This document shows positions 27,164-36,024 of a DNA stretch of 64,000 nt, one piece after another. The stretch comes from a virus (taxonomy: Duplodnaviria > Caudoviricetes), in the IMG/VR virus record IMGVR_UViG_3300036784_000078, positions 3,442 through 67,441 of that record; one strand, written 5' to 3'. The notes under the pieces are model-generated. The model had not been told where the DNA came from. It searched no databases and worked only from the letters and a program-made list of their open reading frames with translations. Every line of letters begins with the position of its first letter. Positions within the stretch are counted from its first letter, which is position 1. Position numbers and translations under genes: made by a program.

Positions 27164-28180
27164 ATGGCTGGCGATGTCATCGGCGTCAGCACCAGCCCGT
27201 CGGCCGGCAGGCCAGTCGCGGCGCTTGGGGAGTCGCCCTATGGGTCCGGCCCGCTGTGGACGCGCTGGTGGAACCTGACGCTGGGCGATCAGCCGGGCAA
27301 CACGGTGAACCTGTCGCAGTTCCACATCCAGTTTTCCGTGGATCAGGGCGCTTTTCAATCGCCGTGGCGGATGGAAGCGACGGTGATCAATGTGCCGCGA
27401 CAGCTCGCGTTGCAGATCACTCAACAATATACCTATGTTGCGCTTGCGGCGGGATGGCAGAAGGTACGCCGGGGCGTGCTGTTCGGCGGACAGGTCACTT
27501 ATTTCGAATATGGCAAGCTCTCGCCAACCGAGACGTTTCTGCGCATCTATGCCGCGACCGCCGATCAGGCGACCAATCAGGGCTTTATCAATCAGACCTT
27601 GGCGGCAGGCTATACCTCGAATGATGTGGTCGCAGCCGCGCTGAAAGCCCTGGCTCCCTATGGCGTGACGGCGGGCTACATCTCCCCGCTGCTGCCGAAC
27701 CAGAGCCCACGCGGGCGCACATTGGCCGGTCAGCCGAGGGACATCCTGCGCGACCTGGCACAGAGCGAGAATGCCCGCGCCTGGATTGACGGGGACAAGA
27801 GGCTGAACGTCGTGAAGGGCGGTGACACTGGCTATCAACCGGGGGTGATTCAGATCAACCAATCCAACGGCCTCGTGATGATCCCCTCGCAACAACCAGG
27901 GCAGGGGATCACCCTGCGGAGCCTGATGAACTACCAAATACTTCCGGGCATGTTCGTCCAGTTGAACCAGAACGACGTCAATCAGGTGGCAGGATCGTCT
28001 GGCGGGCCTAATGCGGATATCAGCAAGCAGCTTGATATCGGCAGCATCGTGCCGTGGAGCACCGGGATTTTTCAGGTCTACACGGTGCGCCACACGGGCG
28101 ATAGCCGTGGCAATCCTTGGTACACGGAGGTCGTTACCATGCCGACCAATCCCGAGAAAGTGCAGATGGGCGTCGGTTGA
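27164..28180 (+). CDS. Baseplate hub protein
   Basis: WTRWWNL..., LAAGW, FGGQV, PRGRTLAG, GIFQVYTVRHTGDSRGNPWYT motifs. Confidence 0.8.
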   Translation: MAGDVIGVSTSPSAGRPVAALGESPYGSGPLWTRWWNLTLGDQPGNTVNLSQFHIQFSVDQGAFQSPWRMEATVINVPRQLALQITQQYTYVALAAGWQKVRRGVLFGGQVTYFEYGKLSPTETFLRIYAATADQATNQGFINQTLAAGYTSNDVVAAALKALAPYGVTAGYISPLLPNQSPRGRTLAGQPRDILRDLAQSENARAWIDGDKRLNVVKGGDTGYQPGVIQINQSNGLVMIPSQQPGQGITLRSLMNYQILPGMFVQLNQNDVNQVAGSSGGPNADISKQLDIGSIVPWSTGIFQVYTVRHTGDSRGNPWYTEVVTMPTNPEKVQMGVG

Positions 28181-30426
28181 TGGCTGACACGCTGCAAGAG
28201 TTTCTGGTCTCGATAAAATACGCCATAGACGGCGCCAGCCAGGATCGGTTCCTGCAAGGGTTGGCGCGCGTCGCGACCGGGACGACCGGCCTGGCCGCGA
28301 CGGTGACGGGTCTGATCGGCGGTCTGGTGGCGCTGGGCACGAAGCTCGCCGAGACCGGGGAGCACTTCTATTGGATGAGCCAACGGCTCGGCGCATCGAC
28401 CGGGGACATCATTGCGGCCTCGGATGCGATGACGATGCTGGGGGTTTCGTCGTCGGCGGCGCGGCAAAGCCTGGAAAGTTTCGGCTACTTCTTGCGGAGC
28501 TATGGGCCGGCGGCGACCGGGTTCCTGCGCGCGTTCGGGGTGACGGCAACTGATCTCGACGGCCAGATGCGCCAGCTCGGGCAGACCTTTGCGCGGATGG
28601 GAGGCACCCAGCCCGGCTCCTACGGCTACGCGATGGCGCTGCGATTGGCGCAGCGTTTCGGCATTGACGAAATGACGATGCGCGGCATGGCCTCGGGGGA
28701 TTTCGCGAGGCAAGACGACGCCAGGAAGCGCTTGCAGCGCGAGGTGTGGGGCGTCGGGACCGATGCGGAGGCGAGCCAGCGCACCGGCCAATACGCGGCG
28801 CAGGCGCACGACTTCATGAACCTGATGCGGCAGTTCGGTTTCATCATGGCCGATCTGTCGCGCTACTTTGCGTCAGACTTGTTTCGCAAGCTGATGCCGT
28901 CGTTGACCGACATCATGAAGGTGCTCGAGGCGCACCTGCCGCAAATCCGTTCTCTGCTCGACGGATTGGCAACCGCCGCTGGTGTGCTGTTCACCGCGTT
29001 CGACGCGGTGGTGCAGGTGATAGGTGGCATGGTGGATGCCATCGAGAGCCTGCCGCAATGGGTGGATGGTATCGCAAAGGCGTTGCTAGTGATTGTCGGC
29101 CTGGGCTCGCCGTTTGGGCGGATGCTGCTGATGATGACGGTGCTGATGGGGTTCGTGAACGATTACATGATGTTCAAGCAATACGGCGCGAAGGCCTCGT
29201 ATTACGATTGGGGTGGCGTTGAGAACTTCCGCAAGGGCTTCGATGACACGATCAAGGGGCTGACCGGGATCAATCACGCGCTGGAATTGATCGCCGGGAC
29301 CCTGGGGACGATCGCCATGGTCTTCGGTCCCGGCGTGTTCGTACGCGGCGTGCGGGGACTGGTGCGGCGAGCGTGGCGCTTGGGGCGCCGCTTGCTGGGG
29401 GGCGGTGCCGCCGCTGGCGAGGCGGCGGCGGGTGGCGAGGCCGCGGCCGGTGCCGGTGCTGCCGAGGCAGGAGAAGGGGCGGCAGCAGCCGGTCTAGCGG
29501 CCGGACCGGTGGGATGGATCGCCCTTGCCGCCGCGGCTATCGCTGCCGGGATCACCGCCTATTTCGCGTCGGATAGTTTCCGCAAGGCAGTGAATGATTT
29601 CCTTGCCGGAGCGGCCGATTCGGCCAAGATCGCCGCCACCTCGATCTGGGAATCGATCGAGCAGATGTGGCAGGCAGCGACCTCGGGCGCTGCCGACATG
29701 GACCCGACAATGGGTTCCGTGCAGGGCGGCGCAGGGGGCTGGCTCGCCCAGAAATGGCGCGACCTGACCAGCGGGCCGGGCGGTCTGGGTCCGGTCGGGC
29801 CGGCCGCTGGTGCCGGGGCGCTGCGCGACAAGCTGATGGCGCAGTTCGGTATCTCGAAGGATATCGCCGCCGCGATGGTGTCGAACCTTCAGGCAGAGAG
29901 CGGGCTGCATTCGGATATCACCTATGGCGGCGGCGGCTATAACCCCGCGTCCTCGCGGGCCTACGGACTGGCACAGTGGACCGGATCGCGGTTGAAGGCG
30001 TTGCAGGCTTTTGCGGCGGGGCGCGGCCTCGACATTACCAAGGAAGATACGCAACTCGCCTTCATGGCGTCGGAATTGCGCAAGCCGGAATATGCCGGGG
30101 TGCTGGCTTCGATGCGCGCTGCCGCCGCGCAAGGCGCGTCGCCGCAGCAGCTCGCCGACATCTTCTTCGAGGGCTACGAGTCGGGCCACGATCCGGGGCT
30201 GGAACGCTACCATGCGGCCCATACCGGCGCGGCCAACGCGATTGCCGCGCTGCCTTCAGAACATCCGGTAGTGGCGGCGGCCGGCGGTGGCGGAGCGACG
30301 ATCCACCAGCAGACGAATATCAGCGTGACCGCGCCGAACGCGGAGGCGGCCGCGCACCGAACGGCGCAGGAACAGACACGGGTGAACCAGGATCTCGTGC
30401 GCAACGCCGGAGCAACCTACCGATGA
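28180..30426 (+). CDS. Tape measure protein with phage-tail-lysozyme-like domain
   Basis: LQEFLVSIKY N-terminus; Ala/Gly-rich helical body; SNLQAESGL...AYGLAQWTGSR...TQLAFMASEL. Confidence 0.88.
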   Translation: MADTLQEFLVSIKYAIDGASQDRFLQGLARVATGTTGLAATVTGLIGGLVALGTKLAETGEHFYWMSQRLGASTGDIIAASDAMTMLGVSSSAARQSLESFGYFLRSYGPAATGFLRAFGVTATDLDGQMRQLGQTFARMGGTQPGSYGYAMALRLAQRFGIDEMTMRGMASGDFARQDDARKRLQREVWGVGTDAEASQRTGQYAAQAHDFMNLMRQFGFIMADLSRYFASDLFRKLMPSLTDIMKVLEAHLPQIRSLLDGLATAAGVLFTAFDAVVQVIGGMVDAIESLPQWVDGIAKALLVIVGLGSPFGRMLLMMTVLMGFVNDYMMFKQYGAKASYYDWGGVENFRKGFDDTIKGLTGINHALELIAGTLGTIAMVFGPGVFVRGVRGLVRRAWRLGRRLLGGGAAAGEAAAGGEAAAGAGAAEAGEGAAAAGLAAGPVGWIALAAAAIAAGITAYFASDSFRKAVNDFLAGAADSAKIAATSIWESIEQMWQAATSGAADMDPTMGSVQGGAGGWLAQKWRDLTSGPGGLGPVGPAAGAGALRDKLMAQFGISKDIAAAMVSNLQAESGLHSDITYGGGGYNPASSRAYGLAQWTGSRLKALQAFAAGRGLDITKEDTQLAFMASELRKPEYAGVLASMRAAAAQGASPQQLADIFFEGYESGHDPGLERYHAAHTGAANAIAALPSEHPVVAAAGGGGATIHQQTNISVTAPNAEAAAHRTAQEQTRVNQDLVRNAGATYR

Positions 30427-31157
30427 GCGGCGCGCTGGCTGCGTTGGCGACGCTGGGCACGGTGGTAAGCCCGCTGCAGGGCCAGCTAGCAAGCGTGCTC
30501 GGCACTGGCTCGCCGGTCGGGGCGCTGTTCGGCCAGCCGCGATCGATCGGCACGATCATTCCCGACGTTACGATCGAAGAAAGCTTCTCCGACCGGGTGC
30601 AAGTGACACAGCACCCGCGGGCGTCGGGCACGCCGATGAACGATCATGTGTACCGGCAGCCGCGGACTGTGGTGATGCGCTGCGGCTGGAGCAATTCCAA
30701 CGTGGTCGGCTCGGTGGTGAGCGGGGCGATTTCGGGCGGCCTGTCCGGCGCGCTCTCGGGACTGACGTCGAGCTTTACCGAGACGCGGGTGATCGATGTC
30801 TATCAGCAGCTTCTCGCCCTGCAATTCGATCCATCGAACACGACCGCGCCGGTGACACCGTTCAACGTGCAAGCCGGCAAACGGACTTACCAGAACATGG
30901 TGATTGCCGAGATCGGCGTGCGCAACGACTCGAAGACGGAATACGCGCTGATCGCGGACATCCATCTGCAAGAGGTGATCACGGTCTCGGCGACGGTGAC
31001 GCCGGCGCCGTCCTCGAACGAACAGTCGATGCCGCAGAAGACCGCCGCGACCGCCAATGGCGGCGCCCAGCAACCAACGCCGCAATCTTTCTTCAGGAGC
31101 ATTGGCGGACCGCAGACGTTGATCGGCGCTCCGGCAGCGCCGCCGTCCGTGCCATGA
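30423..31157 (+). CDS. Dit-like baseplate/tail-tube initiator
   Basis: DVTIEESFSD.VQVTQHP..SG..NDH..RQP motif. Confidence 0.8.
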   Translation: MSGALAALATLGTVVSPLQGQLASVLGTGSPVGALFGQPRSIGTIIPDVTIEESFSDRVQVTQHPRASGTPMNDHVYRQPRTVVMRCGWSNSNVVGSVVSGAISGGLSGALSGLTSSFTETRVIDVYQQLLALQFDPSNTTAPVTPFNVQAGKRTYQNMVIAEIGVRNDSKTEYALIADIHLQEVITVSATVTPAPSSNEQSMPQKTAATANGGAQQPTPQSFFRSIGGPQTLIGAPAAPPSVP

Positions 31158-31492
31158 GCGGGAGCAGTGCGCCGACGGTCTTCGAAATCCCGCTGGCGGC
31201 CCAGCCGATGACGTTCACCATCCCGCTCGGGGGTGTGACCTATGAGCTGACGATGGTCTATCGGGACGCGACCGAGGGCGGATGGAGCCTCGACATCGAC
31301 GATGGGTATGGCAATCCAATTCTGTGCGGTGTGCCGCTGGTGACCGGCGCCGATCTGCTGGCGCAATACGCCTATCTCGGTATCGGTGGGCAGTTGTGGG
31401 TGCGCAGCGATGGCGAGCCCGATGCCGTGCCGACATTCGCCAATCTCGGTCAGGTGCCGGGCGGTCACCTCTACTGGATACCGAACCCATGA
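31154..31492 (+). CDS. Baseplate plug protein (DUF6983-like)
   Basis: FEIPL, WSLDI, CGVPLVTGADLLAQYAYLGIG motifs. Confidence 0.82.
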   Translation: MSGSSAPTVFEIPLAAQPMTFTIPLGGVTYELTMVYRDATEGGWSLDIDDGYGNPILCGVPLVTGADLLAQYAYLGIGGQLWVRSDGEPDAVPTFANLGQVPGGHLYWIPNP

Positions 31493-32217
31493 ACGACCCT
31501 GCGATTGGCCCGCTGGACCCGCGCCAGCGATCGACCGATGACCTTGAGGCGCTGCAAACCGCGATGGATGGGCGGCAGACGCAGTTGCACACGATGATGC
31601 CAGGACAAATCGTGAGCTATAATGCCGCGACGGTGACGGCCGTGGTGCAGCCCGCGCTACAGGTGTTCCGCACGCTGGCTGACGGCTCGCGTCAGCCGAC
31701 GACGCTGGCGCCGATCCATGATGTGCCGGTGCATTTCCCAGGCGGCGGCGGTCATATCCTGACCTTTCCGGTCGCGGGCGGCGATGACTGCATGCTGGTC
31801 TTCGCCGAGCGCAGCATCGACAATTGGTACCAGCATGGCGGCGTGCAGCAACCGTCGGACTGGCGGATGCACGATATCACCGACGCGTTCGCTCTGGTGG
31901 GAGTGCGGAGCCAGCCGCACGTGCCGAATGGGGTGTCATCGAGCACCGTGCAGTTGCGGAGCGATGACGGCAAGACAGTCATTCAGGTGGACGGGCCAAA
32001 TCAGGCGATCACGCTGTCGGCGGCCAATACCGCCGCGGTGGTATTTCTCAATCCGCAGGGGACGATTGTCGGCGCCCCTGGCGGCAACCTCGGTGTGCTG
32101 GGGGCGCAGCCGATCCCGCGCGGGGTGATTACCGGAGCGAAGCAGAACAACGCGGCGCTGACCAGCCTGATCCACTTCCTGGCGCAGCGCGGAGACATCA
32201 CGGACCAGACGACGTAG
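31489..32217 (+). CDS. Baseplate central spike (Gp138/GpV-like)
   Basis: HTMMPGQIVSY, DVPVHFPGGG, GDDCMLVFAERSIDNW, RMHDITDAF motifs. Confidence 0.88.
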   Translation: MNDPAIGPLDPRQRSTDDLEALQTAMDGRQTQLHTMMPGQIVSYNAATVTAVVQPALQVFRTLADGSRQPTTLAPIHDVPVHFPGGGGHILTFPVAGGDDCMLVFAERSIDNWYQHGGVQQPSDWRMHDITDAFALVGVRSQPHVPNGVSSSTVQLRSDDGKTVIQVDGPNQAITLSAANTAAVVFLNPQGTIVGAPGGNLGVLGAQPIPRGVITGAKQNNAALTSLIHFLAQRGDITDQTT

Positions 32218-32243
32218 ACCGAAGGGGCTGCGTGATGTATGTT
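32215..32243 (+). promoter_or_regulatory. Probable leaderless-type promoter for the GIY-YIG gene
   Basis: TAGACC-17 bp-TATGTT, 5 nt before the ATG. Confidence 0.5.
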
Positions 32244-32248
32244 ATGGG

Positions 32249-33022
32249 ATGCAGAGCGATTATTATGTCTATGTATTGTTCGACCGGCAAGGGCTGCCTT
32301 ATTACGTAGGCAAAGGTCGCGGGCATAGGCTGTCGAGACATCCCGATGTTCCCAAAGTCAAGGTTCGCGAAGGTCTCTCGAATGAGGCGGCGCTGAAAAT
32401 CGAACGAGCATTCATCTTCGCGCTTGGTCGCAGGCCGGACGGTCTCCTGATCAACAAGAACTACGGCGGTGCTGGGTTCGTGGACTGGTCGGCCGATCAT
32501 CGAGAGATGATGCGTCAGAGAATGCTAGGCAAGCAGTATGCTCTCGGTTATCGGCACACCCCGGTGACTATTGAGAAAATCCGCGCGGAGAGCGCCGGAA
32601 GGAAATACCCGACCCGCAAACCAGCCAAGTGGTCTCATCCGATGTCCGAGCAACAACGCGCCGCGATGAGCAAACGAGAGACTGGCAGAAAGCGGTCTGC
32701 GGAAGATCGAGCGAAGATCAGTGCCGGGATGATAGGTCATGAGGTTTTGCCGGAGACTCGAGCGAAGATCGGGAAAGCTCACGCTGGGAAGAAGCTTTCG
32801 ACAACAACGATCGCAAAGCTGCGAAAGGTTTCTGGCGACAATACAAGGGGCAAAGTCTGGATCACTGACGGATCGGTTGACCGGCGTGTTGCGCCTGATG
32901 AGGTGATATCAGAAGGGTGGCGACGCGGTCGGACGACAAAGCCGTCATCCGAAAGGATGAGCGAGGTCGCCACCGCCATGTGGGCAAGAAGGAGGGCCGC
33001 CCAATTCGTTACCGAAAGCTAG
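32249..33022 (+). CDS. GIY-YIG-like homing endonuclease with NUMOD3/NUMOD1-like repeats
   Basis: YYVYVLFD..YYVGKGRGHR; E..FI..G; basic SxExRxKISxxxxG repeats; GKVWITDG. Confidence 0.85.
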   Translation: MQSDYYVYVLFDRQGLPYYVGKGRGHRLSRHPDVPKVKVREGLSNEAALKIERAFIFALGRRPDGLLINKNYGGAGFVDWSADHREMMRQRMLGKQYALGYRHTPVTIEKIRAESAGRKYPTRKPAKWSHPMSEQQRAAMSKRETGRKRSAEDRAKISAGMIGHEVLPETRAKIGKAHAGKKLSTTTIAKLRKVSGDNTRGKVWITDGSVDRRVAPDEVISEGWRRGRTTKPSSERMSEVATAMWARRRAAQFVTES

Positions 33023-33540
33023 ACCTTCAAGGAGATTACAGTTTTGGCCAGGGTCAGGGGAATTTCTGGATCAATGTGCCCGACGCGGTCGGCCAATACG
33101 TGCTGACGCGGTTGAACTTGTGGCAGTCGCAGTGGTTCGCCGACCTGACGCAAGGGGTGCCGTGGGAAACCCAGGTGCTTGGGGTGCGCACTCAGGCGAC
33201 GCGCGACCTGACCGTGCAGGCGGCGATTTCGCAGACGCCTGGCGTGCAGGACATCGCCGACTATGCCTCGGCGGTGAACCCGAACACGCGGACCTTTGCG
33301 GCGGCGGCGGTGATCGACACGATCTATGGAGCCGCCACGGTGGTCGCGCCTGCGCTGCCCGCGACGGTGCCGCCGCTGCCGCCCGTGGCGTCCGGGGCGG
33401 CTGGCGCCGGAGTGCTCGCTCTGCGCGGCGGGGCGGCGCCGCTGACCGGGACCGTGATGCAGCCTGCCGACCTGACGCAGCCTGGGCAGCAAAACATCAC
33501 CGGGTTCCAGGTGACGGCGGTCGATGGAGGGCGGTACTGA
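33004..33540 (+). CDS. Baseplate wedge subunit (gp25-like); proposed ATT start
   Basis: xRYRKLDLQGDYSFG, VLTRLNLWQSQWFAD..GVPW motifs; SD AAGGAGG 8 nt before ATT 33004. Confidence 0.82.
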   Translation: MRYRKLDLQGDYSFGQGQGNFWINVPDAVGQYVLTRLNLWQSQWFADLTQGVPWETQVLGVRTQATRDLTVQAAISQTPGVQDIADYASAVNPNTRTFAAAAVIDTIYGAATVVAPALPATVPPLPPVASGAAGAGVLALRGGAAPLTGTVMQPADLTQPGQQNITGFQVTAVDGGRY

Positions 33541-33836
33541 TGCGCCAGATCGTGCTGCGGCCGTCCGGGGTGGTGGTGCTGCCAGGGGGACAGCGGTTAG
33601 ACATGGCCGTGCCGCCCGTGTCGCAGGCCGTGGGGCCGGTATCGGCCCGAGCCCCGGTGACCGCCCGCCCTGCCTTGGTGACGCCCCTGGCGGCCCCTGT
33701 GGTCGCGGCGACCTCGGTGGGCCTGGTGCCGGCGGCGGGGACTCTGGTGACATCGACGCCGGCCGACCTGCTGGTCGGGCCGGAAGCGGCGATCAGCGAC
33801 TTCACCATCATCTCGCTCGATTCAGGCACGTGGTGA
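33540..33836 (+). CDS. Pro/Ala/Val-rich hypothetical protein
   Basis: TGATG coupling to the wedge gene. Confidence 0.5.
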   Translation: MRQIVLRPSGVVVLPGGQRLDMAVPPVSQAVGPVSARAPVTARPALVTPLAAPVVAATSVGLVPAAGTLVTSTPADLLVGPEAAISDFTIISLDSGTW

Positions 33837-33841
33837 ACACC

Positions 33842-34060
33842 ATGAGCGAACCACGGAGCAATTCGAGCGAGGTCGAGAACAGGGAGGCGGCCTACTTCGC
33901 GCTCTGCCTGTTGATGCCCCGGCAGATGGTCGAGGCCGAGGTGCGCAAGCGCGGCGGCGTTGATGTCGGCGATCGCAAGGCGATGCGAGAACTGGCGTCG
34001 CTGTTCGGGGTCGAGCCGACGCTGATGGCGTACCGGCTCGGACAACTCGGCGCCCGGTGA
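33842..34060 (+). CDS. Stand-alone C-terminal half of an ImmA/IrrE-like domain
   Basis: ENREAAYFALCLLMP...LASLFGVE..MAYRL; no HExxH. Confidence 0.6.
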   Translation: MSEPRSNSSEVENREAAYFALCLLMPRQMVEAEVRKRGGVDVGDRKAMRELASLFGVEPTLMAYRLGQLGAR

Positions 34061-34064
34061 TAGA

Positions 34065-35303
34065 ATGTCGGGCGCCACGACCTCGCCGACCGCGGCCTAT
34101 GTGGACGCGACCGGCATCCATGCGCCGGCCTATAGCGACATCGTCGCGTATCTGAACGGCCAGTTTCAGGCGATCTACGGCGCTGATATCGTGGTGACGC
34201 CGGACAGCCAGGACGGGCAACTGATCGGTATCTACGCGCTCGCGATCAGCGATGCCAACGCGGCCTGCGTCGCGGTCTACAACAGCTTCTCGCCCGCGAC
34301 CGCGCAAGGCACCGGGCTGTCGTCGAATGTGAAGATCAACGGGATGGCGCGCGAGGTCGCGTCCTATTCGACCGTGCAACTGCTGCTGGTGGGTCAGGCG
34401 TTCATCGTGATCACCAATGGCGCGGCACAGGATCAGGCCGGCAACATCTGGAACCTGCCGGCATCGGTCGAGATACCGGCCAGCGGTGAGATCACGGTGA
34501 CGGGGACGGCGGCGGCAGCGGGAGCGATCACCGCGCCGGCCGGGTCGATCACGCAGATCGCCACGGTGACGTTAGGCTGGCAGAGCGTGACCAATCCGGC
34601 GGCGGCGATCCCCGGCGATCCGGTCGAAGATGATGCGCAGTTGCGGGTGCGGCAGAGCTATTCGACCGCCGCGCCTTCGGTCACCGTGCTCGCCGGGATC
34701 GTCGGCGCGGTGCTGGCGCTGCCGGGCGTGACGGCCTGCGTGCCCTATGAGAACGACACCAGCACGGACTACACAACGACAACACCGCCCGCCGGTGAGG
34801 GACCGTTGCCGCCGCATTCGATAGCGCTGGTGGTGCAGGGTGGCGACCCGGTGGCGATCTGCCAGACGATGCTGCTGCACAAGACGCCGGGGGCCTACAC
34901 CTACGGCACGACGCGGAACACGGTGAACGATGTCTACGGGCTGCCGCATGACATCGGATTCTATATCCCGACCGCGGTTGCAGTCGGCGTCAACATCGCG
35001 TTGAAGGCCGGGGCCGGCTATTCGAGCGTGATCGGCGTCGCGATCAGCGAGACGGTGGCGGCCTATATCACTGCGCTCGGCTCGGGCGAGGATGTGGTCT
35101 GGTCGAAACTGTGGCTGCCGGCGAACCTGTGCGACGCCTCGGGCGTGCCGACCGGCGCGACGGGCACTTACGACATCAGCGCGATCACCCTGGGGACGCC
35201 AGTCGACCACACCGGGGCGAGCTATGCGATGACGAACATCCCGGTGACGCTGTTCGAGATCGCCACATGTCAGGCGGCGGACGTGATCCTGACGGTTTCA
35301 TAA
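34065..35303 (+). CDS. Baseplate J-like protein
   Basis: DSQDGQLIG, YNSFSPATAQGTGLS, EDDAQLRVRQ, YENDT, LPPHSIA motifs. Confidence 0.92.
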   Translation: MSGATTSPTAAYVDATGIHAPAYSDIVAYLNGQFQAIYGADIVVTPDSQDGQLIGIYALAISDANAACVAVYNSFSPATAQGTGLSSNVKINGMAREVASYSTVQLLLVGQAFIVITNGAAQDQAGNIWNLPASVEIPASGEITVTGTAAAAGAITAPAGSITQIATVTLGWQSVTNPAAAIPGDPVEDDAQLRVRQSYSTAAPSVTVLAGIVGAVLALPGVTACVPYENDTSTDYTTTTPPAGEGPLPPHSIALVVQGGDPVAICQTMLLHKTPGAYTYGTTRNTVNDVYGLPHDIGFYIPTAVAVGVNIALKAGAGYSSVIGVAISETVAAYITALGSGEDVVWSKLWLPANLCDASGVPTGATGTYDISAITLGTPVDHTGASYAMTNIPVTLFEIATCQAADVILTVS

Positions 35304-35315
35304 AGGAGGACACCC

Positions 35316-35543
35316 ATGCCAATGTCGTTCTATGCCGGCCTGCGGCCCGGCTCGGTGCCGATGATCGGGGCCACTCTGCAGGTCCACATGATCGCGGACG
35401 ACCAGGCGATGACCTCGATCTGCGGTCAGGTTGCGACGTATGGCTGGTCGGCCGGCACGACGCCCGCGTTGCAGACGGACTTGTCGCAGGTGACGTGCGG
35501 GGCGTGTCTGGCGGCACTGACGCGACATTTCCCGGCATCCTAG
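35316..35543 (+). CDS. Small hypothetical protein (CxxC)
   Basis: SD AAAGGAGGACACCC; VTCGAC. Confidence 0.6.
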   Translation: MPMSFYAGLRPGSVPMIGATLQVHMIADDQAMTSICGQVATYGWSAGTTPALQTDLSQVTCGACLAALTRHFPAS

Positions 35544-35776
35544 AGTGGCGGCGCGCCACGCGCCAGCAAGGCGTTAAACTCCGGCGTAAATGTCAGCGTC
35601 TCATGGCACACCAGCACCATCGCCGCTTCTGCTTCCGTCAACCGCAACTCCCACGACTGGTATGTGCCGCCATCCTCGCGCTGGAACCATGAGAGCTTGA
35701 TGCCATCGGGACCACCGCGTTCCAGTTGCATGCCGTAAATGTCACGTGCCGTTCGTCCTCCGGCCGATGCGGTCAT
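35540..35776 (-). CDS. Small hypothetical protein
   Basis: ATGA-coupled to 35773-36024. Confidence 0.5.
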   Translation of the reverse strand: MTASAGGRTARDIYGMQLERGGPDGIKLSWFQREDGGTYQSWELRLTEAEAAMVLVCHETLTFTPEFNALLARGAPPL

Positions 35777-36024
35777 AGCGGATCGATCCCCTCGCGTAGT
35801 GCGAGATCAAACCACCGGCTGAAGTCACGTCGCGTGGTGAGCTGGTCGATGCTGGCGCGCAGCAGATCGATCTCGGGACCCTGCCACGGGCCTGCCATCC
35901 ACTGACGCAGATAGGCGCGTAGCGCGCCGACATGCGCCGGCGTGAGGTCGCCGCCAGTCAGATAGTTCTCGATGGCGGGGCGCAAGACGCCGGACGTCTC
36001 GTGCATCCAGTAACCGAGCAGCAT
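35773..36024 (-). CDS. Conserved phage hypothetical protein
   Basis: GYWMHETSGVLRPA..YL..LRAYLRQW motif. Confidence 0.6.
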   Translation of the reverse strand: MLLGYWMHETSGVLRPAIENYLTGGDLTPAHVGALRAYLRQWMAGPWQGPEIDLLRASIDQLTTRRDFSRWFDLALREGIDPL

